Source: Candidatus Woesebacteria bacterium RIFCSPLOWO2_01_FULL_39_10 (GTDB lineage Bacteria; Patescibacteriota; Microgenomatia; UBA8517). From it: 35,505 nt of DNA. Position 1 is the stretch's first letter. Every line of letters begins with the position of its first letter. The position numbers and the translations under genes are program-made. Under the pieces are notes generated by a model that was not told the DNA's origin, did no database searches, and saw only the letters and a program-made list of their open reading frames with translations. Positions 34,878 through 35,505 of the stretch are shown piece by piece. Location: NCBI GenBank assembly GCA_001793015.1, contig MGHC01000011.1:18604-54108 (forward strand), written 5' to 3'.

Positions 34878-35505
34878 AATACGAGATGAAATTTTAAAAC
34901 AGATTGAGGATAGAGTCACTAAATTCAGTCCTGGTTTTGGATACTCCAACGTAGGGAAAATTACAAAGTTGGGTGACGGCGTTGTTGCATTAACCGGTTT
35001 ATCTGAAGCAAAGATGGGAGAAGTTTTGGAGTTTGAGAATGGTATAGAAGCTGTTGTATTGAATCTAAAAAAAGAAGAAGTCGGAGCGATTGTCTTTGGG
35101 GACTTTAAATTACTTCGAGAAGGGGATATCGCAAAATCAACAGGAAGAATTCTATCAGTAAAAGTAACCGAGGATTTTTTAGGACGGGTAATTGATCCAT
35201 TAGGGCGTGCAATTGATGGGAAAGGTGCGCTTTCTTATGCAAAAAGTAAAGAAATGCTAGTTGAGAAAATTGCTCCGGGAATACTTTTTAGAGAACCGGT
35301 TACGACGCCTCTTTCAACAGGAATTAAGGCAATTGACACAATGATTCCGATTGGCAGGGGGCAAAGAGAACTTATTATCGGAGACAGGTACACAGGCAAA
35401 ACCGCACTCGTAATCGATACTATTATAAATCAGTCAAAACTTAATAAACAAAAAACCTCGTCCAAAGGACGATCTAGTCCAAAGGACCATCAGCCTTTGG
35501 CTGAG
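34870..35505 (+). CDS. atpA: F1 subunit alpha (partial, runs off the window; absent from the ORF track)
   Basis: Translated by hand: GDGVV, LGRVIDPLG, TGIKAIDTMIPIGRGQRELIIGDRYTGKT. Confidence 0.97.
   Translation, partial: MSKIRDEILKQIEDRVTKFSPGFGYSNVGKITKLGDGVVALTGLSEAKMGEVLEFENGIEAVVLNLKKEEVGAIVFGDFKLLREGDIAKSTGRILSVKVTEDFLGRVIDPLGRAIDGKGALSYAKSKEMLVEKIAPGILFREPVTTPLSTGIKAIDTMIPIGRGQRELIIGDRYTGKTALVIDTIINQSKLNKQKTSSKGRSSPKDHQPLAE

Overview
AT-rich, densely coded bacterial window (standard code, TGA used as stop). Its gene style suggests a Patescibacteria/CPR, Microgenomates-like genome; this is an inference from the short atpH, small disordered ORFs, GxVLG motifs, heptamer microsatellites and palindromic inserts. 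The first 22.9 kb is one co-oriented surface-glycan locus. It starts with a 1544-aa four-module fusion (DPM-like GT2 + processive QxxRW GT2 + Wzx-like flippase + GT4). Next come three paralogous GT2s, a kinase, a pyruvyltransferase, a QueC-like PP-loop protein, two GT-C-like membrane proteins, a clan GH-A-like hydrolase and a SAF-domain oxidoreductase. It ends with a LAxTG sortase substrate, its sortase and rmlABCD. Several intergenic regions of this locus share an ATCCTATART motif. Downstream are trmD and pgeF (sharing one palindromic -10), a MacAB-like ABC exporter, a P1/DmpA peptidase, a RAYT transposase with inverted flanking palindromes, a DPM-synthase-GtrA fusion, a PIG-V-like GT-C, two beta-carbonic-anhydrase-like genes and the start of the F-type ATP synthase operon. 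Many short palindromic elements sit inside genes or on stop codons. No rRNA, tRNA or CRISPR array was seen. All product calls come from motifs read by eye; no database searches were run.
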